A DNA stretch of 64,000 nt, from the NCBI RefSeq assembly GCF_036321535.1, contig NC_087472.1:98520001-98584000 (forward strand). The letters run 5' to 3'. The notes below the pieces were generated by a model, which had not been told where the DNA came from, made no database searches, and saw only the letters and a program-made list of their open reading frames with translations. Both the position numbers and the translations under genes were made by a program. This DNA is from Camelus dromedarius. Lineage: Eukaryota. Position 1 is the first letter of the stretch, and each line of letters opens with the position of its first letter. This document shows positions 13,890 through 26,919 of the stretch, piece after piece.

Positions 13890-14900
13890 AATCTCATGAA
13901 TTCATATAATCAATCAGGACTTCTTGGCTGAGCTGCAGGATGTCTAACTCAACAGATTCAATGCGTACAAAACTGAGCTCATGATACCCACCACCTGTCA
14001 ACCAAACCTGTGCCTCTCCTAGTCTTCTATACCTTAGTAAATGGCAATTCCATGTTCCCTCCACGGTGGCTCACATTCAGAATACTGTAGTCAACCTTAA
14101 CTCTTTCTTTTCTCTTACATCCCATAGCCAAGCCGCCAGCAGCTGTATCAGCTCTGTCCTCAAAATACATTTACAATATGACTTTTTCTTACAATTCCTA
14201 CTACTACCACCTTGACCTCAGCCACCAGCAGCCCTCACGTGGATTACTGAAATGTCTCCTCACTGTTCTCCCTGCCTCTGCTCTTCTATTTTTAACACAA
14301 GAGCCAGAGTGATCCTGTTAAAATATGATTTGAGTCATGTCATTCCTCCACACAAAAACTCTCCAATGGCTTCTCATCTCACTTGGAATAAATGTCCAAA
14401 TCCTTCCACTGACCTTGAAGGCCCTGAATTTCAGACCTGGCCTTGTCACCTTCGCTTCTTGCCCTGATCCTTCTTAACTTTGCTCCAGGCACATTTGCTG
14501 TTCCTAGATTATGTCAAGTAGAGTCCCATTTTAGGACCTTTACCCTTGCTATTTCCTCTGTCTGAAATGTTTGCCCAGATACCCTTGTGGCTTGCTTCCT
14601 TATCTCCTTCAGATCATTACTCAAATGCTTTGTTTTTAGTAAATTCTTCCCAGGCTTCCCTATCTAAAATTGTTATCCTGATTGTCCTCAAAACTTCCTG
14701 TTTTCCTTCTCTGCTTGATTTCTCTCTCCTTAGAACTTAGCATTACCAAAAGTACTTATATTTCTTATTTCCCAGCCTTCTCTCCAAATATAAACTGCAT
14801 AAAAGAAGAGGAATTCTATTTTATGCACTGTTTTATTCTTTGACTAGAACAGGGCCTACCACAGAGGAAATACTAAATAAATACTGGTTGAGTGCATGAA
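13890..14900 (+). mobile_element. L2a LINE 3' ~1 kb
   Basis: aaaactgagctc...agccagagtgatcctgttaaaat...ctccaatggcttc...tagaacagggcctaccacagagg...aaataaatactggttgagtgcatgaa. Confidence 0.85.
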
Positions 14901-15738
14901 AGTTGAACAAACCACCAGCAAAGAGCACAGGATACTGACTGTTTTAACCTGAAGTCCTTCAGCAGGAAATAAACAAGCCAGGTGTCTTTTCTCCAGTAAG
15001 CCATGTCCAGCGTATTACTGAAAGTTCTGTTCTTTAATAGGCTATTCCTTTTGGCAGATAAGAAAAAAAATCCTTTTCATCCAACCTCCTTTAGCATTAC
15101 TTGTACTGACATTGTCCTAGTGCACTTAACAGTTTAAATTTGAATTCAAGATGTGGCCAGCAAGAGTGCATTAAATCTGTGTCAAAAGATATTTATGCAA
15201 ATAATTATATGATGAATTATGAATGGATGTGTTCAAATCACAATTCAATCCATAAAAATAGAATGTGCTAAAATAAAAGGCCATTATGAAAGCATTGTTG
15301 ATCCTCTTAACCATGGCGATGCATGCAACAGTATTCTGTTTGGCTATAAAAGATCCCTTTTTCAGACATTTGCCTGAAAAGACCATTTGTCTTTCATTTT
15401 GTCCACAGATGTTCTGTTCAAACTCCATTCCCCCCTTTTTGGGATGAGGAAGTATGGGGGAGGGTAATTTGGGTCATTCTTATCCTGAAACTTTCAGAAG
15501 CACTTACTTTAATTGTGGAAGAAAATGACAGTTTCTGTGTTACATTTTGAAAGCTCAGCTACTATTAAATTCTTCTCAAGTTGCAAATTGCCACACTTAT
15601 GGAAAAATTTGCAATCAAAATACTCTCTTGTTGCAATATAGCAACTTCCTCTTACTGTAATTTTCTGCAAAGTTCCAAGATTTCTTCAGTGACTAGTCAA
15701 ACCAATAGCTTATTTCTTATACACGAGAAAAGGTGCTT

Positions 15739-16025
15739 GGCAATTTGAAACACTCAGGATAAAAGATAACTACTTCCACATATGTAATTTTTAAAATAAA
15801 TAAACAAAAGCCTTTGAGATTTAAGTATTTCACAAAGAATTTTCCTTTACTTTCTCAATGTGTGTTGGCAGAAAAAAGTCTAAATATGAGCAGGTAGGGT
15901 AAGACAGTAATGGGAGTAAATATTAAATCAAGAAATCTTCCATTTATGTGAAGTAACAGCATAGAATTGAACAAGTCTGCTGTCGGTGGTGGTCTTGCCC
16001 ATTCTGGTGCATGAGAGAAACTCTG
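15739..16025 (+). repeat. Diverged intronic duplicate, copy 1 (paired with 25176-25478)
   Basis: Co-linear shared blocks, including the 24-bp identity ggtggtggtcttgcccattctggt. Confidence 0.9.
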
Positions 16026-16464
16026 TGCTGAATGGTGTCAAAATGAGGCACTGCACACATGCTGGGTCTTTGAGGACAGTGGGGTGAAGTTGCTCTGGAT
16101 TCTGTCAATAGTTAATCTGATTTTAAAGTAACTGAAAATGGCTCTATATGCACTCAAAAATAAGCATGCTAATAAATTATCAGTCAAGTAAGAACAAAAA
16201 GGCAGTAATGGACAGAGGGATCTAGAAAAGGTCAAACTCATTTGGTTGGGCAGAGTCAATGTTTCCTTAAAAGAATATCATGCATATCCATTTCTGAAGG
16301 AAGGAGGTAAGTGAATCTTACACAAGACCCCATAACATGGTTCCTCTTTTCCTAATGGGGTGGTAAGTGGTAAGGTGGGAAGAAGAATGATAAGTGGTGA
16401 ATAGTCAGGAAGGGTAAGAAGAGTCATCACCTTTGGGAAACAGGAACTGTCATTCTTGGCTCAT

Positions 16465-16705
16465 CATAATTATCACTTACTGAGGGCTTAGGTGTCAGGC
16501 ACAGTATGAGGCACTTTACATGTTATTAATCTTAATCCTTACAATAAATCTTTTAAGTGGCGATCATTAATGCTATTTTAAAGAGGAGAAAACAGAGTAA
16601 ACAACTTGCTCAGAATCACATAGGTAGTGGCAGAGTCAAAATTCAAACCCAGGCCTATTAACTCCTAAACCTGTTCTCCCACTCACTTCCTGCAATACTG
16701 CCTCT
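16465..16705 (-). mobile_element. MIR SINE
   Basis: cacttactgagggcttaggtgtcaggcacagtatgaggcactttacatg...aacaacttgctcagaatcacataggtagtggcagagtcaaaattcaaacccaggc. Confidence 0.8.
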
Positions 16706-17539
16706 CAAGCAAGTATTCTGTAGTCATAGTAACCATGTGAAAGAAAAGAAAAACTGCTTCTGATAGGAAGACATCCACTTATGAAAGCTTCCCATGACAT
16801 GTGATGTAAGCACCCTGCCAAGTAGAAACATTCTATAAAACAGACAGATATTAAGGATAACACTTTTATATTAATGGAGATAATTCAAACCAGTAACTTC
16901 AATCTCTAATTTTCATGCTTTTGTCAATTTTATTTTAATTAGCAAGTTATATTGATCTGTGGGTTAAAAAAAAAGATTTGCAACTTTTTTGGGGCAACCA
17001 TTAATCATATCTTCATGAGAGGAGGGCTCATGTCAACATTTTAATTTTGCAAATGAGATAGAAACTAAGGTACAGAAAGGTAATAAAGCTCAGCCAAGTT
17101 AGACAAGGATGGGACTGCAGTCACATTTTATTCCAAACCTATTAACAATGTTAATTGAACTCCGTGCAATTAAAAAACCCTATGTCAATACAGATGAGAA
17201 AATCAGTGATCCAAATAAGGCAAGCCTGCCTCGCCACTAATTCTTTACACGGGAGAAAGCTCTTGGAGCTGATTCATTGTGTTATGCAATTTTTCACCCG
17301 ATACACCGCTGATTATTATGCAATGACTTAAAATTACTGGGTTCATTTTCTCAAGATGTGGTTTTTAACCATTTCATTAGTTTCTACGACCATCTGCTTA
17401 GCTTACCACACTATACTCAACTCCTAGCACTGGACCTGAAATATAATTTTCTACCAAAAGCATGAATCAAACAGCTACCAACCACCTCTGTGTGCAGACA
17501 CTGAGGCTATGAGTTATGGCCTCAGTGGCAATCTGTCAG

Positions 17540-17720
17540 CACATTCTGTCCACTCTCCCTTCAAAATATATCCAGAGTCCAAGCTCTTCTCACCTCTTCC
17601 ACTTTAGCACCCAGGGCTAAGCCCCTATCATCTCTCACCTGAATTAGCCAGATCCTATCTCACCTTCCTGCTTCCACACCTACCCCCAGCCCCTCCAGTC
17701 TATTCTCAACACACTAGGTG
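17540..17720 (+). mobile_element. L2 fragment
   Basis: ccttcaaaatatatccagagtccaagctcttctcacctcttccac...cagtctattctcaacac. Confidence 0.7.
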
Positions 17721-17779
17721 GGGTGATACACTCTGAGTGTTTGTATTTCAGCAAGAATGGAATGCACAGTATCAGTAGA

Positions 17780-17920
17780 ACATAGCATGGTAGTAATCAG
17801 GAGACTTGACTTCTAGTTCTCCATATTCCAGCTCTATGACTGTGGTCAAGTCACTGAAACTAATCTTGACCTCAGTTTCCTTATCTGCAAGATCAGAGAT
17901 TTGGGCCGGATGCTCTTAGA
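17780..17920 (+). mobile_element. MIR/MIR3 SINE fragment
   Basis: caggagacttgacttctagttct...tgactgtggtcaagtcactgaa...cctcagtttccttatctgcaa. Confidence 0.7.
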
Positions 17921-19949
17921 AGATCTCATAGAGCACTAACTGTACATGATCCTGACTTTAAAATGAAGGGAAAAATGGCTAGTCACCAATATACATCTAA
18001 TTATTGATGTTTTAGGAATTACATATTCCTGTAATCAGTGTCAGTCTTAACATTTAATGCTAGATTATTCACTGAAAGGCACTTAGTTTATGTTTAAGCT
18101 CCACCATGTATGGAAATAACTCATCACCAGCCATATTAGGTACAGCTATTTTGGGTGCTTGATTAATGTGTACAACATGAGACAGAGGCAGGAAGTTTTA
18201 ACAAATGAAAAGCAGAACTAGGGCAGTGCCTGCTCCTGACACTTCTGTTTCACAAACTGACGACATCTGGGTGTCAGAGAAATCAGGGTGGGCTTGCCCA
18301 AATTTTATGACAAAGAAACATTTATGACCAGACAAAATTAAGAGAACCAGATATGCTTCCTGAAGGCTACTCAATGATAAGGAAATAAATACTCTGTAAA
18401 AGAAAAGAGAGAGATAAATAACCTAAAAGAATCACCTCTACTGAAGAAACCTAAGAATTTCAAATAAAGTCAGTATATATGGCATGATAATTTCATCAGC
18501 AATTTTATGACTGAATCATAATTACTGAAAAAATTTCTGGTTATTGACTCAATGGCTTCATTTTAAAGAATCTGAAATTAAACACCTTTTTGGGGTTACC
18601 TTTATTTTTTTAAGATAAAGTTTGTTGCTCTGATATATTGTACATATTTTCTCATCATGGAATTCTTGCCATGTCAGTGTAATTCATTCCAAGAATGCTA
18701 GCTTTTACCTAAATACCTTTATGGCTAAGAGTATGTTTATATGAAGCTCTTATTCTGAGAATTTTGCTCTTATAGGGAAGACAAGCTCTCCAAGACAACT
18801 ACTTCACATGTTTCTACATCTGTTAGTTTTGCTGCAGTTCTCCTGATTCAGAGATTTTTTTCCTTAACAGAAAATCTTTCAAAGAGAATGCTGGATAAAA
18901 ATAAAAGTCAATTTTATAAAGTTTTAAAAGTCACTATATGCAATTCATATGATAGTAAAATAACCAAGAGACATAAATCATATATACTTTTCCTTCTCTT
19001 CCATACTGAACTATCTAGTAGGACATGATTTTAAGACTGCAAAAGCAAAATTGCTTCTATCTAACAGAAGGGAAAAAAGAACTTGATGGCAAGATTTTAA
19101 AAAAATTTGTGTTTGCAGCAGGAATCAAATTATCATTATGCTGTCAATTTAGATGGCATTTTCTATAGTCCTCTCTGCAGTGCTATGCTCGTCGTGAAAA
19201 TGAGAAAACTGAGTAAGAGAAAGAAAGCAATTTACAGCAAGCTCAGCTACGAAAAATTAGATTTCTGCAGGGCCTGATGCTTGCTGCCACCTCTCCAGAA
19301 CTGGTTGCCTCAAATGCACCTAGATTAGGCTTCGCTTGTTCTTGGCCCCCTGGTGAGGACATTTTGGTAGTATGGTTGAAGGAAGGATGCTAAGAATATT
19401 TCTGCACTACCATGGTACTGGACATTCTATCAGATACTTTATACATTGTCATCATGGGGAGCCAAAGCTCTTACCCAATTATAAAACTATATATGGGGGG
19501 CACAAAGGAGTAGAAAATACAATATCCTCAAAAATATTTTATGAGCCAACAAAGAAGTGGACTTCATATGGCTGTTTCTTGTACCAGCCTTCTGATAAAA
19601 ATTGAAGTCATGATGTTAAAATGCAACTAAGAGAAGGAGATTCAACAATTGGCTGAGATAACATGGTCTAGGTACATAACTTTCTAGTACTCTTCCTCGA
19701 ACAGAGTATGAAATTTTTTAATGAATTGCCTAATATGTTTTATTAAGTAGAAAACTCTTTAGGTAAATTAGACATTTTATCCTAATTATAATTTACATTA
19801 GTTAATATTTTGATTGAAGACAGATAAAAAACAATTTAAAGTCATATTTTCTAATACACGCTTTGGGAAATTAAATAAGTGGGCTATAGGGATGATACCT
19901 TCATAGAGGTGGGCTGCACCTTGAGTCCACATCAAATTTATGATCATTT

Positions 19950-20555
19950 AGGCTTTTTCACTTTGCAACTTGTCCTCACAGAGACTGTCACTAGAATTTT
20001 CAAGCAGGCTTTACCTGATAGGTGCCTGCAATGCCCACAGAAAAGGAACTCTCAGCGTGGTAGTTACCGACCACATCAACTTGGCAAAGCTGAAACTCTC
20101 TCAGAATTCCCTTCCCTGTATGGTGCTAGTTAGGACATACATCTGTGCGACTTTTAGAGAAGACAAATGAAGCAGCAGCCGTTCTGCTGCGAAGGTCAGC
20201 AGGCGGGGTCAGTCATTGCCGCAGCTCACACATACTGCTACCTTTCTGCTGGCTCACCTTGCTGGTATGAGTCAGCAGCCAGGCCTGCAATTCCTTCAGC
20301 TCCTCTAAGTCATGAACCAGGAGACCACAAATCTCTAAGGCAGAGGGTACCAGCTTTGCTATTGAAGTTGGAGGCAGGGTTTGAGTTTGTGCTCAAGGGA
20401 TCTAGTCCATCTTGCTCTCCCCCTGGCTTCACATCCAGAATTTCTTCATAACTGCTGGCTCTGCTGAGGTGTCCTCACCAGCTCAGCTAAGATCTAGCCC
20501 TTTAATCCGTGCCACTTAGTGCTTCTGCTTCCCTGACTGAACCCTAATCGACACA
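19950..20555 (+). mobile_element. Old ERVL-class LTR (LTR16/LTR33/MLT2-like)
   Basis: GC-richer island ending gcttctgcttccctgactgaaccctaatcgacaca, a typical ERVL LTR 3' terminus. The 5' boundary is uncertain. Confidence 0.55.
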
Positions 20556-22509
20556 TTGATTAATGCTCAAAGAGGACAGATGTTTTAGTCCTAGAAGGCT
20601 TTCTGATTTGCTCATCAGGAAGTAAATTCCCTTCCAAGTAAATGAATTCACTTCTTTTCTATATGGTGTTAAGAATAGTTACTCTGAGCCCAGCACAGTG
20701 GAACAAACTGTATGTGGAACAAAGTGTATGATTTACTTCTGAAATAGCCGAGTGAAGTATTATTATCTTCTTTTTACTGATGAGAAACAGGTTCAGAAAT
20801 GTGTCTAAGTTCATACAGCTGACTTAAAGCTCATGTTCTATTAACTACAACATTATTCTTGGCCATTTGAATATTAGAAAAGACAATTCTTTTCTTTAAT
20901 GTTGAACCCTTTTACCTGGAGGTGATTAGGTTCAAGCGCTCTAATGAAGCCACTCTAAATTTGTGGTAATAAAAGAAATCAAGGAGAAGGTTACTTATTC
21001 TCCTGTTTCCTACTTCAGGGAAGTTTGCACCTAGTTAATCTAAAATCATTTGCAAATAAAGAATAGGGATGGAAACACTGATCTGTTTCTCAACATTCCA
21101 GATTGCTTTGGGTTCAAGTCTACGAGGAAAGTGTTTTCACTTAGCCTGTTACATGTAGAGATGTTAAGAAACAGATTTAGCAATATCATTTAGAACTGAG
21201 ACTTCAGATTGAGCTCATGCACTTTGGTCCACTGCCAGTTGCTGTGATCCAAAAGCCAAAGAAGAATCCATGAAGGCTTCAAACAATTTAACATTGTTCT
21301 GGGCAGTTATCTTCAAGAAACCAGGATGTAACAGAAGTCAGTAACTGCGCCTTAAACTTCATTCTCACATAAGATCTGGGCCAAGAGACCAGATATGTAG
21401 ATAATAAAGAAGAGTCTTTGGATGAGATTTGTGCACATACAGCAAATCATTAGGCCTATAGTTTTGTGGAATTGGAGGATGCTGAAACCATCAAGGAAGT
21501 AATGTATTTTAGGAGTTGAGTGAAGAAAATAATTTGATGTACGTTATCGTCCTTCAAGCAGAAGAGGCTTTAAACAGTTTTAGGGGTAAAATAATTGTAC
21601 CTGGAGTTTCATTAAACTTGAGATGCTTGATTAAATGAATTTAGGTGGTGAGGTAACATGGGTAGGGTGATTATGGGAGCAAAAAAGGTCTATTGCCAAC
21701 AAAACTTAAGGAAGTTTTCTGAGGCTGGGAGACACAAGCCTACAATGTGAAAGAGAATGAGGCTTCTTTAGCTTCTCCAATCAAGGCAGGTATGTCCCCA
21801 AATAGTTCATAATTACTGACCATAGCAACTAAGCCAAGGGCTTCTCATCAGAATTTATGTTTTATTTTATTTTTTTAAAGGCAACAAGGAATTTGTAATA
21901 AGATTTAAATTTAATGAATTTCAACTTAATAAATTCCTAATTCAATCTTTCTCTGTCCTGTTTTGCATGATGCCTCACTAATTAAGCCAGATTCTGTGTT
22001 TTGCTTCCTGGCAGCCATTATCTTACTAGGAACTAGCAGAATGTGGCCCACATTGGTTCAAAAGGACTGACTTCAGTTTCTCAATAATTTGTTTCTTACA
22101 GTGTGAGCAGAAATCTCTCTCAAGAGTGAGGGCATATCAGTGAATCTTTTAATTTTCTTTGCAAAATATTTAATTTATTAAATTTTAAAAACTTTATAAA
22201 ACAAAACATTTTCCAAACATTTTAAAATAGTATTTTCACAATCAATAAAATTTATGAATTTAATCAGTCTCCTAGGAATTCCATTAAGTCACAAGCCCTA
22301 TACTTCAACTATTTCACAGACTGCCAACACTTTAAAAGCCCCACATAACAATGAAAGCCAAACGGATTACTGCTGCACTTAACCAATATAAAAGTGTTAT
22401 ATGTTTGGCTCTTTTTTCAGTATTTCTACTTACTTTTGGAAGTCTTTTAATGATTACTAGTTTAAATAGTTATAGGACTACTTAGATCATCGACTTCACC
22501 TTGGGAGTT

Positions 22510-23410
22510 TGGGTAGCTAGTACATTTTGGGGAATTGGACCATTTCATCTAAACTGTTAAACTTAAGTGCACAGAGCTGTTCACAGCACTTCCTTATTAT
22601 TCTTCTAAAGTCAATGAGGTTTGCAGCGATAACCTCTCTTTCATTCCTGATATTGGTAATTTGAGTTTTCTCTCCTTTTTTCTTTGTCAGTCTTGCTAGA
22701 AGTTTATAAATTTCTTTTTTGATTTTTTAAAAAATCTATACCTTTTGATTTGACCGATTTTCTGGTTTTCTGTTTTCAAATTTCGTTTCTATGTCTTCCT
22801 TCTACTTGCTTATTTTTTGTTGTTCTTCTAATTTGTTGATTTGACACCTTTTTCCTTTTCTGATATAAGCATTTAGTGTTATAAAATTTCCCCTAAGTAT
22901 ATGTTGTGTTTTCATCTTCATTCAGTTCAATTTTCCTTGAGATTTCCTTTTTTATCTATGGATTATTTAAAAGTGTCTAATTTCCAAGTGGTTGGAGACA
23001 ACTTATTTGTTAATTGTTATTGATTTCCAGTTTGATTCCATTATGGTTAGAGAACATAGTTTGCATGATTTTCGTTCTTTTAAAATTAAGGTTTATCTTA
23101 TGACTAAAGATATGGTCTATCCTGATGAATGTCCCATGCACACTTGAAAAGAATGTGTATTCTGATTTTGGGTGTCAGTTAGATACCACCGGTGGGTAGT
23201 CATTCAGCACTTCTACACCCTTGCTGAGTTTTTGTTTAGTGGCTCTATCTACTGAGAGAGGGATGTTGAAGATCTCCACTATAAGGACAGATCTGTCAGC
23301 TTCTCTTTTCAGTTCCATTGGACTTTGTTTCTAGTATTTTGAATCTCTGCTGTTTGATGCATATACATTTAAGGCTGTTATGTTTTCTCAGTAAATGGAC
23401 ACTTTTTATA
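22510..23410 (-). mobile_element. L1M LINE ORF2-region fragment
   Basis: ctctttcattcctgatattggtaatttg...gtttgattccattatggttagagaacatag...atatggtctatcctgatgaatgtcccatgcacacttgaaaagaatgtgtattctg. Confidence 0.85.
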
Positions 23411-23620
23411 CCTGTTGTGGTGGAGGAGGAACATTTTTTTTCATGGTTTTTGCAAAAGTAACTATCAGTATAAATGGGTTAGGAAACACAAGTGAATTTT
23501 CCTCATACTTTTCTTCATGGACTTGCATTCCATAAAACTGTTTCATATTTATAGATAAGTAAAGCCATGATTTCTTTTCTTTTCTTCTACTTTTAAAGAA
23601 CCACATATCTATATTTAAGA

Positions 23621-24294
23621 CAGTGGGTCTCAACAGGTTTTTATTGTGACCCACTAAGATAGGCCAACAGACAAATAGGTCCATTCGTCCGCAGTTTCCA
23701 ATGGACAATTAACTAGGTTATATCAAGAGAATATGACTGTATAAGTACTAGTAGAGTATGGACGATTCATAGTATCATTTTTAGAAGATTGTGGGTAATA
23801 TGAATTATGACATGCTAGAAGGCAGAGTAAGCAACCTGAAACAAACTAAAATTGATACTCATGATGTCTCATGATAATATATAATGAAAAAAACAGCAAC
23901 TCAAAACTACAGGTAACAAAAAAATCCTGATGATGTACCAATATAGCATCCCTCCCAGAAACTGTGGGAACCAGAACCATCTACACTTGGGGCTTGTGCA
24001 ATAAGAGCACAACTGCACTGTCGGTTGCATGGCTATCAGGCTTCTCGGAAAGACAGTAAATCAGAATACTCAGTAAACTCGAGTAATGCATTATTTAATG
24101 ACTATTCGATTTATAACCTTCTAAAGTCATTTAGCAGGTTACTAGTAAGCAATATCCAGTCATAAGTGAAAATGAAAGCCTATGAAATTATGTTATTTTC
24201 TCATTAGAATCAAAGGAAAAACTGCCATTTCTGCCTCAGGGCTCAGCCACCAGGAGCCGTTTGCCAAGGACAGCCCATAGTTTGAGAATCACTG
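23621..24294. mobile_element. Non-autonomous hAT-Charlie-like DNA element bounded by terminal inverted repeats
   Basis: Left end cagtgggtctcaac; right end gtttgagaatcactg (reverse complement cagtgattctcaaac), followed by ctctag. Could instead be two separate partial elements. Confidence 0.55.
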
Positions 24295-24400
24295 CTCTAG
24301 TGAAGTGCCCCAATGGGAAACACTTGTCACAGTCCAGGCTGTTCCCATGTAGGGCTTTGCCAGTGCTACTATGAATTTGGAATGAACACTCTAGACATAA

Positions 24401-24462
24401 CAGGAATTCACAGGAATACAGAGAATACAGTATGAATACATGAATACAAGAATATTTAGAAT
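24401..24462. repeat. Short degenerate tandem of GAATACA units
   Basis: caggaattca caggaataca gagaatacag tatgaataca tgaataca agaatattta gaat. Confidence 0.65.
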
Positions 24463-24829
24463 GGATATCTAGCATGTCGGCATGCACCCCAGTGAGGAGA
24501 AACATCATGTCATACTGTACCGTGGCTGTCATCTAGGTGAGTAAAGTAAAAATGTGGAGCAAGTGGTTATTATAAACAACTATTAGCTCAGAGATGGCTA
24601 TCTAGGCACTGAAACTAACTGCCCTCTTGTTTTAGTTACATTGATCCTAAAATAATGCCGCTAAGTCAGGCAGATATTAGACAAATTGACTTTTATAACT
24701 GCAGATAAATTTCATTATAAATGTTTATAGGCTGACAATATAGCATGTTTTTCACCTTTGTGATAATAATATCTCTGGCTTCTCTAACAGATAGTAAAAT
24801 ACTCATGACCAGGAATGGCTTTATTCATC

Positions 24830-25050
24830 TAAAAATGTGACTTTTGGAGCCAGACTGCTTGGACTCATATTTCAAGTCTGCTACTTTCTGGTTGTATGAC
24901 TATGAGCAATGTAAACTCTGTGTTTCTTCAAAATAGACATAATAACTGTTGCAACCTCAGAAAGTCAACTTGAGGATTCAATAAGATAACGTATTTAAGT
25001 TCTTAGCATAGGAACTTAGTAAGCGATAGGTAAACATTAGCTATTATTAT
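24830..25050 (+). mobile_element. MIR SINE
   Basis: gacttttggagccagactgcttgg...gaggattcaataagataacgtatttaagttcttagcatag...taaacattagctattatt. Confidence 0.8.
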
Positions 25051-25175
25051 TATTAGTAGTGGTAATATTATTATTATTTATAATATATTCCACAAAACTT
25101 CGATTGGGTCTTGAAGATGGCTGGCACTACTAGAATTACCGTTGAGTTTCTGCTAAAGTATGTTATTTTTTGAGG

Positions 25176-25478
25176 GGCAATTTGAAACACTTTGGACAAA
25201 TGATAACTACTTCCACATGTTTAATTTTTTTAAATAAACAAATAAATGAAAGCCTTTGAGATTTAAATATTTCACAAAGAAAAGTATTTTCCCTTCCTTT
25301 CTCGTTATTGTGTGTTGGCAGAAAAAGAGTTTAAATATGATCAAGTGGAATAAAATGGTAACGAGAGTAAACATTAAATTAAGATATCTTCCATTTGCTC
25401 GAAATAACAGCATAAAACTGAACAAGTTTGCTATTGGTGGTGGTCTTGCCCATTCTGGTACATTAGAGAGAAACTCTG
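25176..25478 (+). repeat. Diverged intronic duplicate, copy 2 (paired with 15739-16025)
   Basis: Same ordered blocks as copy 1: ggcaatttgaaacact, gataactacttccaca, aaagcctttgagattta, tgtgtgttggcagaaaaa, gagagaaactctg. Confidence 0.9.
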
Positions 25479-25482
25479 CCAA

Positions 25483-25660
25483 TGTTCAAATCCAAGCTCC
25501 ACCACTTAACTACTTATTAATCCCTGTGCCTCAGCTTTCTTGACTGTAAAAATAGTGATAACACCAGCACCTTCCTCATAGGTTTTTTATGAGGATTAAA
25601 TGAGTTAAAATTTGCAAATTACTTAGAATAGTCTCTGTTTCATAATCTTTATTTACTTGT
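25483..25660 (+). mobile_element. MIR SINE
   Basis: gttcaaatccaagctccaccacttaac...tgtgcctcagctttcttgactgtaaaaatag...gaggattaaatgagttaa. Confidence 0.85.
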
Positions 25661-26919
25661 TAAATTTCCAAAATAAGATGTCTTTTAGCAGCTCTCCACC
25701 TTTTCCCTCTAGAACCTCCACCAAAATCCCTTCACAATTGGATAAGAATGGCTAAAAGTACTTATCAGAAATAAGTTATATCCTAAATTAACCAAGACAA
25801 GCCACACAAATGTTGGAATGTTATGAAAGGAATTATCCAGATTTTTAAACATCTACTTAAAGTCTGTTTTAAATAAGCCACCTAAAATTACATTATTCAG
25901 TTTATGATAGTATACCTGCATGTTGTATCCATTATCACATTTTATCTTTCTGGTATCTCCACATGTAGATTTAAAATAAATTATTATTTTGTTTATGGAT
26001 TTAATTCATCAGCTTTAATGTGAGAGCAAAGTGTCATGTGTATATCATAATAAGGCCAAAAATGAATCCTGAACCTAATGATTCTTTATCTAAAGGCTTT
26101 TATCACGACATTTGGATTTCACAACACACACACGCACACAGACACTGCTGTCTGCTTTTTCTTCATGTGCTCTCAGGTCAGACGAGGGCTCTGGCAGCTA
26201 ACAACTCCCACATTTTCAGACAGAATCGGTGAGTAGGTATAACAAATTCATACTCTTGCAAAATACCATAACATGCTTGGCTGACAGGCATACTGGGATC
26301 TCCATAGTGAGAGGGCAGTGACAGGAAGAGAGCAAGAACTAGGTGGACTTGAAGCTCTGAGCTAGAGCAGAGGCGAGCCTGAGGGGGAGCTAATCCTGTT
26401 GCACTGGTGACATCTGCGGAGCAGAGAAGTATATCACTTTGACTAAAGGTGCAAACTGGGACCTGCTTTGATAGGGAGCCCAACATGGTGAGTGTAAACT
26501 ACTAGGTGCTTCCAATACTCTTTTAAGTGGGTGGGTGGTCAGAGTTAGGCTCCACATGGTCTGTCATCAGTATCAGTAAATCAGCCAAATACCTTGGAGG
26601 AGGGGCCAATAAGGGCAGGGCTCCAATCTTTGGAGTGAAATGGAAAGTTAATTGATAAAAGAAAATAGAATTTAGTCATGTGGACTAGACAAACATGACA
26701 GAGGACATTCAGAGCCCTAGGCTCTCCCCAGGCACATGGGACATGGAGCCTATGGCAATAAGTTCCCTGTGATTCCCACTATGAATACACTCCAACTGAA
26801 GGCCTGCTTGTGCCAGGCAGGGCTGGTCTAGGATATGGAGGTGGCTCTGTTTTTACAGGCTGAGGACAACAACTGAGGGATACAGACGAAGGCAACGATG
26901 TTCCTGTCACATTCACTCT

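Noticed and set aside
24401..24462. GAATACA repeats as a CRISPR-like or functional array
   Set aside because: Units are 7-10 bp with no spacers, in a mammalian intron. This is simple slippage-derived tandem sequence.
25207..25543. Overlapping 91-aa (-) and 95-aa (+) ORFs in duplicate copy 2 as a possible retrogene or peptide
   Set aside because: Indels between the two duplicate copies do not preserve frame, no protein family is recognisable, and the plus ORF runs into a MIR.
26240..26890. GC-richer stretch resembling an exon or promoter
   Set aside because: Few CpGs and no phase-compatible exon found. Probably an old LTR, but I could not assign a family, so it is not listed as a feature.
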